64,000 bases of DNA from an uncultured virus (IMG/VR IMGVR_UViG_3300033150_001690) (lineage: Duplodnaviria > Heunggongvirae > Uroviricota > Caudoviricetes): IMG/VR virus record IMGVR_UViG_3300033150_001690. One strand, given 5' to 3'. Of the stretch, positions 38,816 to 49,472 are shown one piece after another. The position numbers were made by a program, and so were the translations under genes. The notes beneath the pieces are model-generated. The model saw nothing but the letters and a program-made list of their open reading frames with translations. It was not told the origin of the DNA and ran no database searches. Each line of letters opens with the position of its first letter. The first letter of the stretch is position 1.

Positions 38816-39448
38816 TTGACATGGTGTAATCCTCAACAGGTCCGTAAAGTTATTGGTCTAACTCCTGATGATGTATCAGATGAGGATCTCTATCAATATA
38901 TAGAAGATGCTCAGAGAGATGTTAGAGATCAGATAGCCATTTATCAGTATCAGGAAGAACTATCAGGTAAGATCGATGGAAAGAATACTACTTTTAGTAC
39001 TAGTTTCTCTCCTATAGCAGATGCTGACTTTGATCTAGATGTAGATACTAGTGATGTAGAAGTGTGGAAGTGGGGAGATAAAGACAGTATAGATACTAAA
39101 GAGACTGTTTCTATTTCTACTATTTATCCTGATGAAGGGAAGATAGTGTTATCTTCACCTCCTGCTAGCACTTATGACTGTGTGGTCTGTAACTACTACT
39201 ATTATCCAAGGAAGATAGACACCAATAGACTTCCTAGAGTAACTGCATTACTAGCAGGATATTATTATATAATGAGTGAGATGTTATTGATTCCTGAACA
39301 GTGGATGCATGGAGCATATCGTTTTAGACATACTAGACCATATACTTTATTGTTAGATGAATACTACAGAGAGTTAGAGTCTCTAATAGGAAGGCAACAT
39401 GTAAAAGAAGAACATGGCACAGTATCCTTTCTGAGGGAAGAAGAGTGA
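38816..39448 (+). CDS. Head-tail adaptor with inserted beta domain
   Basis: MTWC-x4-VR N-terminus typical of gp6/gp15-like adaptors; position after MCP. Confidence 0.7.
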   Translation: MTWCNPQQVRKVIGLTPDDVSDEDLYQYIEDAQRDVRDQIAIYQYQEELSGKIDGKNTTFSTSFSPIADADFDLDVDTSDVEVWKWGDKDSIDTKETVSISTIYPDEGKIVLSSPPASTYDCVVCNYYYYPRKIDTNRLPRVTALLAGYYYIMSEMLLIPEQWMHGAYRFRHTRPYTLLLDEYYRELESLIGRQHVKEEHGTVSFLREEE

Positions 39449-39801
39449 AGAGTATAACTTCTATTATAATTAAGAAGATGATCAGATATTACGGTCAGAC
39501 CGTTAAACATAAGAGAAGAATATCTCACACAGGAGATGGAGAGGTCTATTATACTTATGAAGTTAAAGAACCTAAGAGAGGTCAGTTTATGCAATTAACT
39601 GCTTTAGATCAGGCATTAAATAGATGGGGAGTACAGGTAGATGCTGATTATATTGGTACTTTTCTTCCAGGTACTGATATACAGGAAGGAGATCTTCTAG
39701 AGATAGATGGATCTTGGTATGAAGTACAAAATGTGATGTATAGAAGAACTAAGGGAGAAGTGGATTATATTGAAGTGTTATTAAGACATAAGGAGGGATA
39801 G
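39445..39801 (+). CDS. Head closure (stopper) protein
   Basis: DIQEGD-x4-DG-x2-YEV pattern; synteny. Confidence 0.72.
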   Translation: MKSITSIIIKKMIRYYGQTVKHKRRISHTGDGEVYYTYEVKEPKRGQFMQLTALDQALNRWGVQVDADYIGTFLPGTDIQEGDLLEIDGSWYEVQNVMYRRTKGEVDYIEVLLRHKEG

Positions 39802-39803
39802 AT

Positions 39804-40241
39804 ATGTTAGGAGTAACATTATCAGTAAAAGGGGTAGAACAACTTACTTCTATTCTAACTAATTTATCTGAAGAAGATATTAAGGAGAAGGCCTTAGATA
39901 TTACAGTGGATGAACTAGCTAAAGTAGGAGAACAACTTCAGACCGATACTAATATACCAGAAGAAGTTAAGAAGGCTATGATCGTCTATTATAGTAAATT
40001 GTCAGGTCTAGCAGTTCTTACTCTCTTTGTTCAGGGAAGACTTCAATGGATAAGATTTGGTAAGGTCTTAAAATGGAGACGCTATAAGTGTACTGTTAGG
40101 AAGTATTATGGAGGAGCACTAACTCCTGAATATGAACTGTCTGAGTATGTGAAGGAGAAGTTTAAAGAAGTACAACCTAGAATAATTGACCGGGTCACTA
40201 GAGGAATAATAGACTATGTGAGGAGTGTTGTAATAACATGA
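39804..40241 (+). CDS. HK97 gp10-like tail completion protein
   Basis: VKGVEQL N-terminus; synteny. Confidence 0.55.
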   Translation: MLGVTLSVKGVEQLTSILTNLSEEDIKEKALDITVDELAKVGEQLQTDTNIPEEVKKAMIVYYSKLSGLAVLTLFVQGRLQWIRFGKVLKWRRYKCTVRKYYGGALTPEYELSEYVKEKFKEVQPRIIDRVTRGIIDYVRSVVIT

Positions 40242-41017
40242 TCTTTGACCTAGATAACTTGAAGAATACATTTAAGACCAGTATTAATAGTTATATTTCT
40301 CCATATCAGAATGATCATCCTCATTCTATTTCTCTTTATACTTCTGGAACTATTACTGAGACCTTTATTCCTTTCTCTTCTAGTATAACAACTGGATCTA
40401 TTTATATTTCTAATACTATTGGAACTCCAGATAAGGTCACTATATCTTTATCTGGTCCAGGAGTGTCTTCTTCTAAGACTCTTTCTCTAGAAGAAGGTTG
40501 GAACACTATTAACTGGAGTTTAAATGACCTAGTCACCTATAAACGACATACTTTATCTATAACAGGAGGAGTATCGTCTTCTGATGATTACTATTTTGGG
40601 TATTCTTCAATCAATAGTTACTTCTATGGAAGTATGGCCACTGATAAGGTCTTAACATTTGGTTTTAATACTGGAGATCATGTATTCAAAATGTTTCCTA
40701 GTAGAGAGATAGGATTAGATGAGTATCCTATAGTAGTCTTAGATCTTAGAGGGAGACCTAGAGTTAGAGATCGTTATATTTCAGGAGACTTCCTATGGGA
40801 GTATATTAACTTAGGAGTAGAAATATACTCCAGGTATTCTACTGAAATAGATCTTCTCTCTAAAGGAATAGAAAGAGGTCTAGTTAAAAATAGGAAGAAC
40901 TTCACAGGAATTCAATATATTACACCAGGAAGACTAGGAGATCTCTCCTTCCTTTCTTCAGAGATCTTCTTTAGAGATCTTAGTTATACTTTAATGTGTC
41001 TTGTCTCAAGGGAGTAA
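40238..41017 (+). CDS. Tail terminator with inserted S/T-rich beta domain
   Basis: EYPIVV, VEIYS motifs; located just before the tail tube gene. Confidence 0.6.
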   Translation: MIFDLDNLKNTFKTSINSYISPYQNDHPHSISLYTSGTITETFIPFSSSITTGSIYISNTIGTPDKVTISLSGPGVSSSKTLSLEEGWNTINWSLNDLVTYKRHTLSITGGVSSSDDYYFGYSSINSYFYGSMATDKVLTFGFNTGDHVFKMFPSREIGLDEYPIVVLDLRGRPRVRDRYISGDFLWEYINLGVEIYSRYSTEIDLLSKGIERGLVKNRKNFTGIQYITPGRLGDLSFLSSEIFFRDLSYTLMCLVSRE

Positions 41018-41060
41018 TATTTAAATAAGAAGATAATAAATTGAAGAGTAGGTGAATAAA

Positions 41061-41888
41061 ATGGCAAGATATTTAGACATAGTCACAGATACTCCAGGTA
41101 CAGTTCATTTTGACTTCGCTACTAGAGCAGACTTTAGTGAGAGGAAGGAGTACTTCTCAGACTTTGTACTGGGAGGAGGAAGAGACCTTAAAGCATATGG
41201 TCTGACTCGTATTACTCCTACTTTAACTATGGCATATGATGTTAATGGTCTTAACTTCTTGAAGTATGTATTAGGAGCAGACGATTATACTGCTCAAACA
41301 GTAGCTGTTACTCTTACTCCTAAAGGGACTATAGGAACACTGGATGTTAGAGTAACTGTAGAAAGTGAAAATATGAGTATACATGATGGTAAGGTCAACA
41401 CCTGGGAGATAACAGTTGAAGAAGGCAATCCTGTTAGAGCAGAGGTAAACATTATAGGGAAGAGTATAGGCACAGAAGCAGCTAGTGCTTATAATCCTGA
41501 CTTTAGTGATATGCCATTAATGCCTTATGAGGTAACTATTAGTACAGGTGGAAGTTCTTTGGCCTTCACTAGATTTAATTTAAGAATCTCCAACGCATTA
41601 CAGGCTATCTTCAAGACTTCTAGACGACCTGTAGAAGTAAGAGAAGCAGGTCTAGATGTTACTGGAAGAATAAGAGCTAACAACTTTAGTAATTGGGCCA
41701 CTGAAGGACCTTGGACTGTTACTTTTGGTACTATAGGTACTATTATTCTTCATCAGGTCAAGTTTATGGAGATACCTCCTAGAGTAACAGGCTTCGATCT
41801 ACCTGAAACAGAGATCAACTGGACAGCATATCCTACTGCTTCTACATGTGCTATAACAGCTAAAATACCTGCTAGTCCGAAGTGGTAA
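41061..41888 (+). CDS. Major tail tube protein
   Basis: KVNTWEIT, FNLRISNAL, GLDVTG motifs; TATA plus GGTGA RBS; followed by chaperones and tape measure. Confidence 0.8.
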   Translation: MARYLDIVTDTPGTVHFDFATRADFSERKEYFSDFVLGGGRDLKAYGLTRITPTLTMAYDVNGLNFLKYVLGADDYTAQTVAVTLTPKGTIGTLDVRVTVESENMSIHDGKVNTWEITVEEGNPVRAEVNIIGKSIGTEAASAYNPDFSDMPLMPYEVTISTGGSSLAFTRFNLRISNALQAIFKTSRRPVEVREAGLDVTGRIRANNFSNWATEGPWTVTFGTIGTIILHQVKFMEIPPRVTGFDLPETEINWTAYPTASTCAITAKIPASPKW

Positions 41889-41891
41889 GCA

Positions 41892-42272
41892 TTGAGTGAA
41901 GAGAGGAAGTTAACATTAAAAGAACTTCTAGAGAATACTCCTGAGGATCTCAACATCCCAGGTCTTGGAGTTGTAGTAGTAAAGACTCCTACTATAAAAG
42001 ATCGTATAGAAGCTAAGGAAGAAGCTAGAAAGATTCCTGGGTATGACAAGTTACCTGAAGATGAGAAGAGAATAGAAGAAGGGAGAATGTTAGCTAGAAG
42101 AATGCTAGTATCTCCTAAGATATCTTTTGAAGACTATCTTAACTCTGATGATATAAAGATGGGGATCCTATTAGACACTGTATCTTTGTGGTATGCTAAG
42201 AAGTTGAAAGAGTTAAATGATAAAAGAAGAAGTATAGTAGATGATTTTTTACGACAGATGAAGGAAGACTAA
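41892..42272 (+). CDS. Tail assembly chaperone (gpG-like)
   Basis: Between tube and tape measure; ends at slippery T TTT TTA (42245-42251). Confidence 0.8.
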   Translation: MSEERKLTLKELLENTPEDLNIPGLGVVVVKTPTIKDRIEAKEEARKIPGYDKLPEDEKRIEEGRMLARRMLVSPKISFEDYLNSDDIKMGILLDTVSLWYAKKLKELNDKRRSIVDDFLRQMKED

Positions 42273-42478
42273 GTATGACCTTCTTCTTCTTACTTAGAGA
42301 AACAGGATATAACTGGGATCTAAGTAAGAAGATATTTTATAATCTAACGGATACTCAGTTGACCTGGTTAAACAAGATGTTGTCTAGAATAGAGAGAAGA
42401 ATACCTTCTCATTCTGGTGACCAGGTCAAGTCCTTTGATCTAAGACCGGAGGGATACTTCTATGGCAGAAGCAGGTGA
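42245..42478 (+). CDS. -1 frameshift extension of the tail chaperone (gpGT-like)
   Basis: The -1 frame is open from 42245 into the 42275-42478 ORF. Confidence 0.75.
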   Translation, partial: FFTTDEGRLSMTFFFLLRETGYNWDLSKKIFYNLTDTQLTWLNKMLSRIERRIPSHSGDQVKSFDLRPEGYFYGRSR

Positions 42479-44591
42479 ATCTATTAAGATCTCTATAGGA
42501 ATAGAAGTACAGTTTCAACAGGTAGAACAGGCCAAACAAGCAGTGGATGCTCTATATGCTTCATTATCTAAATTACGAAGAATGGGAGTAGATATTAAGA
42601 CAGCATTTCAACAGGCTAGACCTGGAGTAGACGAACTATCTCAAGGTCTAGAAAGAATGAAGGAACAGGTAAAAGATATAGGAGTGAATAGAGCTTCTAC
42701 TGAAGTTAAAGGTTTTGGAAGAACTCTTCTTTCTAATGTCTCTTCAATGCATGAATTTACTTCTCAGTTAAAGAGAATAGCTCCTTCATTTGAATCTGAA
42801 GTTCCTAAGATAAGAAGGTTAGTAGCTGCTGCAGCTGAACCTCTTCCAGCTCCTGGGACCAGGCAGTTTATGACAAAAGTAAGAAGATTGGCAAGAGACC
42901 TAGGAGAACCTGTTAGAACAGTAAAGGCCAAGATCATGGCCTTAAGAAACATCTTTAGTTTTATAGAAACAGGCGAAATAGATACTAGAACATTAGCTTC
43001 TACCTCTAGAATACTAAGAACAAGTAGACAAGAAGTACGGAATTTAGTTAACTCCTGGAGAAGAGCAGGACCTGAAACTACCCAGGCTATTAGAGGTCTT
43101 GCTCCAGCTATCCAGAAGGCTGGTATGATGACTTCTGGTCTAATAAGAGATGAAAGAGTATTAGGATTTGTAATGAGCAGAATGGGTTATACTACTGAAC
43201 AGCAACGAAGGGATATTGAAGAACTTGGAGATATATTAGGACTAACTGGAGAACGTATGAATAGATTTAGACACTTAATGTTTATTGCTCTTAGAGCTCC
43301 TAGAGGTACTGATGTCTTCAAGAGAGCAGTTCAAGACCTTAGAGCAGAATTTCCTGAACTAGGGAGAGATGTTAACTCTTTAATATCTATGCTTAGAAGA
43401 GGAACTACTTCTATGGAGAAACATAAAAAAGCAGTAGATGAAATAACAGCTAGATATCAAGGTATGAGAGTAGCTTCTAGAGCATGGATGGCCTCTCTTG
43501 GAGCAACAGGAAGAGTTATTCTTCAGACCACTTCTAGACTATATTGGTTTGGTCTAGGTATTATGTTTGTTACAATGTCAATTCAAAGAATGCTTAGAAG
43601 ACAGTATGCTGTTTTAAGTAGAACAAGATCATTAGCATCTGCTTATAAACGGTTATCTGATGCTCAAGAAGAAGTCAGAAAAACTATGATGGAAAGCGGA
43701 GCAAGTTCAGAAGAATATAAGGAAGCAATTGGAAGAGTAAGAGAAGCAGAATATGATCTTAAAATAGCTATTGAAGCTAATAGAAATGCTATTTACGATG
43801 AAATGATGTCATATCTTCAACTAGCCTTTGGAGCTATTCCTGTTGTTATGAACGGTATTCAAATGGGTATTACTATTAGAAGTATGTTGAGATCTGCTCA
43901 ATTACTAAATATAGTATTACATAATCAGGAATCTTTAACATTATTCAAACAAACTATGACATATAGAATGTTATCTGCAGCAGTAGGGGAAGAAGCAGCT
44001 ATGGAGATGCTAAATGCTGAAGCATCTGCTATGGCTGCAGCTGCTAAATGGATGTTAGTAGGAGCAGTAACCATGGCAATAGGAACGTTTGTTTATCTTG
44101 GTTATGTTTACGAAGTGACAAATAGAAGAATGGAAGAGACCATTAAACGTTCTAAAGAATTAGCTAGAGAGTTCTCTGGTCACTCCTTAGATACTAGTGC
44201 ATTAAAGGCTGCTAGTGCTATAAGCATTCTTCATAGAAGAACAAGTAAAGTAGGAGAGGCTTTAGAGAAGATAACATCAAGAAATAAAGATATGATCTCT
44301 TCCTTTAAAGAAGGAGAAGGAATAATTAGAGACTATGGTCATTTATTCTCTGGATCAGGTCTAGCGGAGAGGGTAGATAGAGCTAGAAGAAGTTTATTAG
44401 AATTTAGAGGAGTACTTCCAGATATCAGAAGAGGACCTGTCTTAGAAGTTACAGGAGGAAGGGAACAGGTTCAGGTGTACGCTCCTATTAGTGTTACAGT
44501 AAGTAATAGAAGAGACATAGATCTAATAAGACAGGCCATTAGAGATGGTCTAGTTGAAGGAATAGGAAGAAGAGGGAGAATAGTTGGGTGA
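42462..44591 (+). CDS. Tape measure protein
   Basis: 709 aa, helical and A/R/L-rich with hydrophobic segments; synteny. Confidence 0.85.
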   Translation: MAEAGESIKISIGIEVQFQQVEQAKQAVDALYASLSKLRRMGVDIKTAFQQARPGVDELSQGLERMKEQVKDIGVNRASTEVKGFGRTLLSNVSSMHEFTSQLKRIAPSFESEVPKIRRLVAAAAEPLPAPGTRQFMTKVRRLARDLGEPVRTVKAKIMALRNIFSFIETGEIDTRTLASTSRILRTSRQEVRNLVNSWRRAGPETTQAIRGLAPAIQKAGMMTSGLIRDERVLGFVMSRMGYTTEQQRRDIEELGDILGLTGERMNRFRHLMFIALRAPRGTDVFKRAVQDLRAEFPELGRDVNSLISMLRRGTTSMEKHKKAVDEITARYQGMRVASRAWMASLGATGRVILQTTSRLYWFGLGIMFVTMSIQRMLRRQYAVLSRTRSLASAYKRLSDAQEEVRKTMMESGASSEEYKEAIGRVREAEYDLKIAIEANRNAIYDEMMSYLQLAFGAIPVVMNGIQMGITIRSMLRSAQLLNIVLHNQESLTLFKQTMTYRMLSAAVGEEAAMEMLNAEASAMAAAAKWMLVGAVTMAIGTFVYLGYVYEVTNRRMEETIKRSKELAREFSGHSLDTSALKAASAISILHRRTSKVGEALEKITSRNKDMISSFKEGEGIIRDYGHLFSGSGLAERVDRARRSLLEFRGVLPDIRRGPVLEVTGGREQVQVYAPISVTVSNRRDIDLIRQAIRDGLVEGIGRRGRIVG

Positions 44592-46869
44592 CATAAGTTA
44601 TAATGCTAAGATCGTAAAAGGATCTTCTACTTTACATCCTTTAGAAGTAACTGTAAAGCAAATATTAACAGAAGAACCCTGGAGTAGTGATTTTCTATTA
44701 ACTAAAGAAGATGGAGATAATCTATCACTAGGAGATACTGTTAGTGTTTATTTAGCTGCTAATTCTTCAGAACACCATGTGTTTAGTGGGGTAATAGAGA
44801 AGAAGACCTTGATCTATCCTGAAGATAAACAATATCCTAGAACTAAGTTTACTGCAATGTCTCGTGGAGCAGTTCTAATGAAGAATAACTTTGTACAGAA
44901 GGAAGTTCCTGAAGGTCAAGCTTCTCTTCAGATATACAAGATAATAGAAGATCTAATTCCAGGAACTATTAGTGCTTTTGATTGTGGATATACTTCACAG
45001 GATCTTCCTGCTATCTCAGGTAAAATTAATAATTATTGGGATCTAGTTAGTGATGTAATTAAGAAGGTAGACTGGGACTTTTATGTTGATCAAGGAGATA
45101 CTTTACATGCATTTCCTAGAGGGATAGAGACTTCACCTTTAGTTTTAGATGCCTCAGATTATCTTTTTAGATTAGAACTGGAGGAAGATGCTTCTAATAT
45201 AATTAATAAACTAGAAGTAATAGGAGGACCGTATAACACTATTACTTTATCCTATGATTCTTCTAATTGGTCAGGACCAAATAAAACAACAGGCTCTGGA
45301 AATGGAAGAGGTTATATTCGTTCAGATTCTTCTGGAGAGCCTTATTTAATATATTCCTTTTCTTCTATAGATCTGAGATATGGAAGAAAATTACGATTAG
45401 GTCTAAGTTATCGAGCATTTGGAATAACTGAAGGAACTCTTACTATTCGATATACCTTCTTTACTGATAACGATAACTATTTCAAAAAAGAAGTTAAATA
45501 TCCAGGAGGCTATGCTAGAAGAACAGCATTAGGAGGTAAAAGAGACTTTCCTGTTACTGCTGAAGAAGGCTTCTATATTGATATGTGGAGAGATCTTGAA
45601 GTTCCATTAAATTTAGAAGATCCAGAATGGTCAGAAATATTTAGTCCTAAATGGCAGGATATATCAAGTTTAGAAGTAAGAGTTTTGTCTCCTCTTGGAT
45701 CCAACAACTATTTATATTTATCTTCTGTTAGTATTTTAGAGAACTGCCATTATTGTTATGAAGACACAGATAGTCAGTCTAATTTTGGAGTAAGAAGTGG
45801 TAAACCTGTATGGGATGAAAACTACACTTCTAATGAGATGTGTAAAATAGCAGGTTCACTAATAGTGTTTACATATAAAGATCCTTTTAGAAGTGCAGGA
45901 GAGGTACCTACAGCTTATAACTTTGATTATGACCTGGGAGAAAGAGTTACTCTTTCTATTCTTGGTCATTCCGAAGTATATGAAGTAAGAGGAATAAGAC
46001 ATGAATATCAGGAAGGAAGACTTCAGACATATTTAAAATTAGCTACTCGTTACAAGCCTTCTATAGAAGATATTCTAGACTTCTATAAGAAGTCACTAAC
46101 TGAAATGGGATGGGATCTAGAACGTTGGAAGAGAAAGGCACAGGAGACAGGTCTTATTGATACTAGATCAGATCTAATTGATTGGTCTCAAGTAGGAGAT
46201 ATGTTTCCAGAACAATTTTATTTATGGTCTGGTTTAAAGATATTGACAGAAATATCTACTAACACTGCTGACTGGGAGAAGAAAACAGGAGGGTATGAAG
46301 CTACATTAAATAGTTACTTCAATGAATTAGAATGGATTAGAAACACTGGATCAGAAGAAGATGATTGGTGGGAAGTAAAAGAAGAGCACTCTTTAAGAGT
46401 ACATGATACAATTGCCTGGAGTTGTTACGCAGAAATAAAGGGAAGTGTAACTCCTCCTCTAGATTATTGGATAAATCTTGGTATAGGAGTAACAGAATTT
46501 GTTTCTACAGGAACTTATCGCTTAGGAGATTGGATAGGAATATCTTTTGGTCAAAATGGGATTTATGGAGTAATTTCTACATTAGGCACAGGAGGAGTAG
46601 GAGGAAATACTTATTCTACTTTACTTCAAGATAACTGGAACTTTAATGAAGAATATCAAATAGGCTTCAAATATATTCATGGAGGAAGTGGTACAATTAT
46701 TTATCTGATTAACTTATCTCCTAAAGGAACATTAACAGGTCATAAGCTTAGTCAGAATGTAGGAGAATTATTTGGTTGGGCAGGAAGTAATCTCTTCAAA
46801 TATCATTCAACTCTTGTTACAGAACCATACACTATTATTCTGAAGAATCCTAGGATCGGTCTTAAATGA
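44584..46869 (+). CDS. Baseplate hub / tail tip protein
   Basis: VFSGVIE, WDFYVD-x4-LH, SQSNFGVR hub-like motifs; directly after tape measure. Confidence 0.7.
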   Translation: MGDISYNAKIVKGSSTLHPLEVTVKQILTEEPWSSDFLLTKEDGDNLSLGDTVSVYLAANSSEHHVFSGVIEKKTLIYPEDKQYPRTKFTAMSRGAVLMKNNFVQKEVPEGQASLQIYKIIEDLIPGTISAFDCGYTSQDLPAISGKINNYWDLVSDVIKKVDWDFYVDQGDTLHAFPRGIETSPLVLDASDYLFRLELEEDASNIINKLEVIGGPYNTITLSYDSSNWSGPNKTTGSGNGRGYIRSDSSGEPYLIYSFSSIDLRYGRKLRLGLSYRAFGITEGTLTIRYTFFTDNDNYFKKEVKYPGGYARRTALGGKRDFPVTAEEGFYIDMWRDLEVPLNLEDPEWSEIFSPKWQDISSLEVRVLSPLGSNNYLYLSSVSILENCHYCYEDTDSQSNFGVRSGKPVWDENYTSNEMCKIAGSLIVFTYKDPFRSAGEVPTAYNFDYDLGERVTLSILGHSEVYEVRGIRHEYQEGRLQTYLKLATRYKPSIEDILDFYKKSLTEMGWDLERWKRKAQETGLIDTRSDLIDWSQVGDMFPEQFYLWSGLKILTEISTNTADWEKKTGGYEATLNSYFNELEWIRNTGSEEDDWWEVKEEHSLRVHDTIAWSCYAEIKGSVTPPLDYWINLGIGVTEFVSTGTYRLGDWIGISFGQNGIYGVISTLGTGGVGGNTYSTLLQDNWNFNEEYQIGFKYIHGGSGTIIYLINLSPKGTLTGHKLSQNVGELFGWAGSNLFKYHSTLVTEPYTIILKNPRIGLK

Positions 46870-48215
46870 GAATATCTCAATATGTTCTTCGATTGCCTAA
46901 AACAGTTAAAAGACTTCTCGGAAGAATTACTAACTCTTTTAAAGAGACTATAAACTTAAGTATAGAAATTCTGAAGATAGAAGTAGGTAGTAAAACTCTT
47001 AGTCTTCTACTTAAATTATCAGAGAAAGTGATTTATCGTTATATTGCATTAATTAAAGGGCTGGTCTATTTCTATGATAAAATAACTGGTTGTTTGAGAA
47101 CAGTGAAGAAGGAGACTATTACACTAATATCTACTATTTTCCTTCTTCTTCAGAGAACCATTCATGTGATATTAAACTTGTCTGAGAGCTATTGGACCTT
47201 CTTATTAGGAAGAATATCAGATCTCTTAGAAACAATAGATAAAATTTCTGGATTATTGCTTCAAACAAGAATGGAAGATATTAGTATTTCTCTTAAAATA
47301 ACCTTCTTCAAGACCTTGTACAAAAGCTACGATCTTATTTTAACTCTTAAAGAAGCTATTATTAAGTCTTTGATCAACATGTTAAAAGATACGATTTCAG
47401 CTTTAGATCATATCATTGGAGAAGTTGTAAGTACTTCTCAAGAAGTTGTGAATCTATCCGTAAAAATAATTACTCATTACACAATAATAAAGAAGATCTA
47501 TCTTCAACTCTCATTAAGTGAATTTTTAAATAAAATAATTAAACGATCTTTTGTAGATATTACAAAGTTGAAGGACTTCTTAAGAGGACTTCTTAGGAGA
47601 ACAACTAAAGAATTCATTACTTTATCTATCAAGGTAATTCTAGCAGTTACTAAAACAAGAATATTACTTAGTTTATCTTTATCTGAATATTATCAGAAAT
47701 TTATGAAGACTATAGAGACTCGGTATTTTAGAAGTGATGAACACGCTATCAATGATCTAAGTGCTTATAAGTTTGGGACTTCTCAAACCGATAGTGACCA
47801 TGGAACGTTAAATACTAGTACTACCTGCAATTTTAAATGGGGAATTAGAGTATGGAAGAGAAGTTCTAGTGGATCTGAGACAGAAATAACTAATGGATCT
47901 CCTGTTGCAGTAGTAACTAGAACTTCTACTGGAGAAGGAATTCAGAGTAATACTTGGAGTTGTCCTGAAACTTCCTTACAAAGTACTGATGCTATAGTTG
48001 TTAGAGTTTACAATTATAGAAACGGAAGTTGGTATCAAGAAGAACCATGGATCACAGAACAACTAGAAGCTATTAAATTGTTATCTTCGACTTGGACAGT
48101 TTATTATTATACTAAAGTAACGTATAGTTCTACGTTGAATAAATACAAAGCAGAATTTCATTGGGGCAAAAGTACTGTTAATTCAAGAGTGGAGGGATTC
48201 TCATATGCTAAGTAG
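46866..48215 (+). CDS. Fibre protein with five ~55-aa repeats and a C-terminal globular domain
   Basis: Recurring (K/M/Q)E-x-I-x-L...L(S/K)E...D-x2-x-G units. Confidence 0.6.
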   Translation: MRISQYVLRLPKTVKRLLGRITNSFKETINLSIEILKIEVGSKTLSLLLKLSEKVIYRYIALIKGLVYFYDKITGCLRTVKKETITLISTIFLLLQRTIHVILNLSESYWTFLLGRISDLLETIDKISGLLLQTRMEDISISLKITFFKTLYKSYDLILTLKEAIIKSLINMLKDTISALDHIIGEVVSTSQEVVNLSVKIITHYTIIKKIYLQLSLSEFLNKIIKRSFVDITKLKDFLRGLLRRTTKEFITLSIKVILAVTKTRILLSLSLSEYYQKFMKTIETRYFRSDEHAINDLSAYKFGTSQTDSDHGTLNTSTTCNFKWGIRVWKRSSSGSETEITNGSPVAVVTRTSTGEGIQSNTWSCPETSLQSTDAIVVRVYNYRNGSWYQEEPWITEQLEAIKLLSSTWTVYYYTKVTYSSTLNKYKAEFHWGKSTVNSRVEGFSYAK

Positions 48216-48265
48216 AAGTAAAAGATATAAGATAGAAAGAAATAGAAGAAATAAGAGGGAAGTTA

Positions 48266-48715
48266 ATGTTAGAAAAAGCATTTAAATTTCTTAGGGAGAT
48301 TTTCCAGAGATCTTTATCTAATGACATAATTGGTCTAGGAGAAGAGATTCGTATTTCCTTAGTAAAAGATGGTAAGACTATCCGAGTGTTTAATACTAAG
48401 GGTCATACTTGGAATTCTACTGGTCTTCATCAAATTAGAGAATGGTTGAGAACAGGGAGTGCTAATAGACCAAACTCCTTAACTACTAATGGAAGTGGTT
48501 CTCCTTATGTCTCTGCAAATCCCTATCAACCAACAGAAAGTACTGTAGCTGGTTGGAAGGGAACATTTAGTGCTTCAGGATCTATAACAGATATTTCTAC
48601 GATAAGTTTATGTCACAATGGAACAGCTTATAGTTCTTCAGCAGTAACTACATTTACTAAACCTGATGGAGTAGAAATGAGAATTGATTGGAGAACTACA
48701 TTATCAGCTAGTTAG
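48266..48715 (+). CDS. Virion tail/baseplate protein
   Basis: HTW-x3-GL...ITDISTISL...FTK motifs shared with the next gene. Confidence 0.55.
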   Translation: MLEKAFKFLREIFQRSLSNDIIGLGEEIRISLVKDGKTIRVFNTKGHTWNSTGLHQIREWLRTGSANRPNSLTTNGSGSPYVSANPYQPTESTVAGWKGTFSASGSITDISTISLCHNGTAYSSSAVTTFTKPDGVEMRIDWRTTLSAS

Positions 48716-48728
48716 AAGGTGAGTAGAA

Positions 48729-49472
48729 ATGGAAGGAATTATTTCTCCTATAGAAAATGTTCGTATATATTTGAATGGTACATTACTTGTTCAAAAAGAA
48801 CATCATTCCTGGACCTCTTTAGGTCTGGATAGAGTAATGTATCTATTTCTAGGGTCTACTCAAGATGATGCTGAACATAAAGGAACTCTAACTTATCCCT
48901 TTGTTAAAGATAATACAGGAGTAGACCATGCTCTATCTTCTAATGTAACTAAAGAAGCCTCTCTTAATGTGTTGAAGTCTTATGGAGAGGGAGATGGAGG
49001 AATGACCATCGATGAAATAAAGATTAAGGGAGTATATGGAGGAACTTATATTACTTGGTCTATAATAGATATCCAAGACGTTACTGTACCTCCTGGCTGG
49101 AATTTTAGAGTAGAGTGGGAGAGTACATTTACAGGATCAGATTATACATCTGCTGGTCTTAATAAAATAGCTGATGATCTAGATGATCTCACTTCAAACC
49201 TAGGCTTTAAACCAAACAGTTTTGGACTTGTTCATTCAGGAGGTACTCAGTTAGTTGCAATTACTGAATATGATTATGAGATACCTGCTTCTAATACTAG
49301 AACTGTAATCTACAAAGGAAGCATTGGAACAGGAATAGCCTTAACTTCTATTAGCACTATTGAGTTAAGAAAGGACTCAAACATCTGGTCTTCTAAAAGC
49401 ATTACTCCGTTTGATAAATCATCTGATACTTCTCTAGTAATAGAACATAGAAATACTATTACACCTGCTTAG
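48729..49472 (+). CDS. Virion tail/baseplate protein with internally duplicated domain
   Basis: Two units (WTSLGL.../YTSAGL...) similar to the 48266 protein. Confidence 0.55.
   Translation: MEGIISPIENVRIYLNGTLLVQKEHHSWTSLGLDRVMYLFLGSTQDDAEHKGTLTYPFVKDNTGVDHALSSNVTKEASLNVLKSYGEGDGGMTIDEIKIKGVYGGTYITWSIIDIQDVTVPPGWNFRVEWESTFTGSDYTSAGLNKIADDLDDLTSNLGFKPNSFGLVHSGGTQLVAITEYDYEIPASNTRTVIYKGSIGTGIALTSISTIELRKDSNIWSSKSITPFDKSSDTSLVIEHRNTITPA

Noticed and set aside
41061..46869. Contractile (myovirus) tail
   Set aside because: No sheath or baseplate wedge (gpJ-like) gene is recognisable around the tube and tape measure genes
22110..49472. Diversity-generating retroelement or invertible fibre cassette
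   Set aside because: No reverse transcriptase, TR/VR pair or invertase with flanking inverted repeats was recognised
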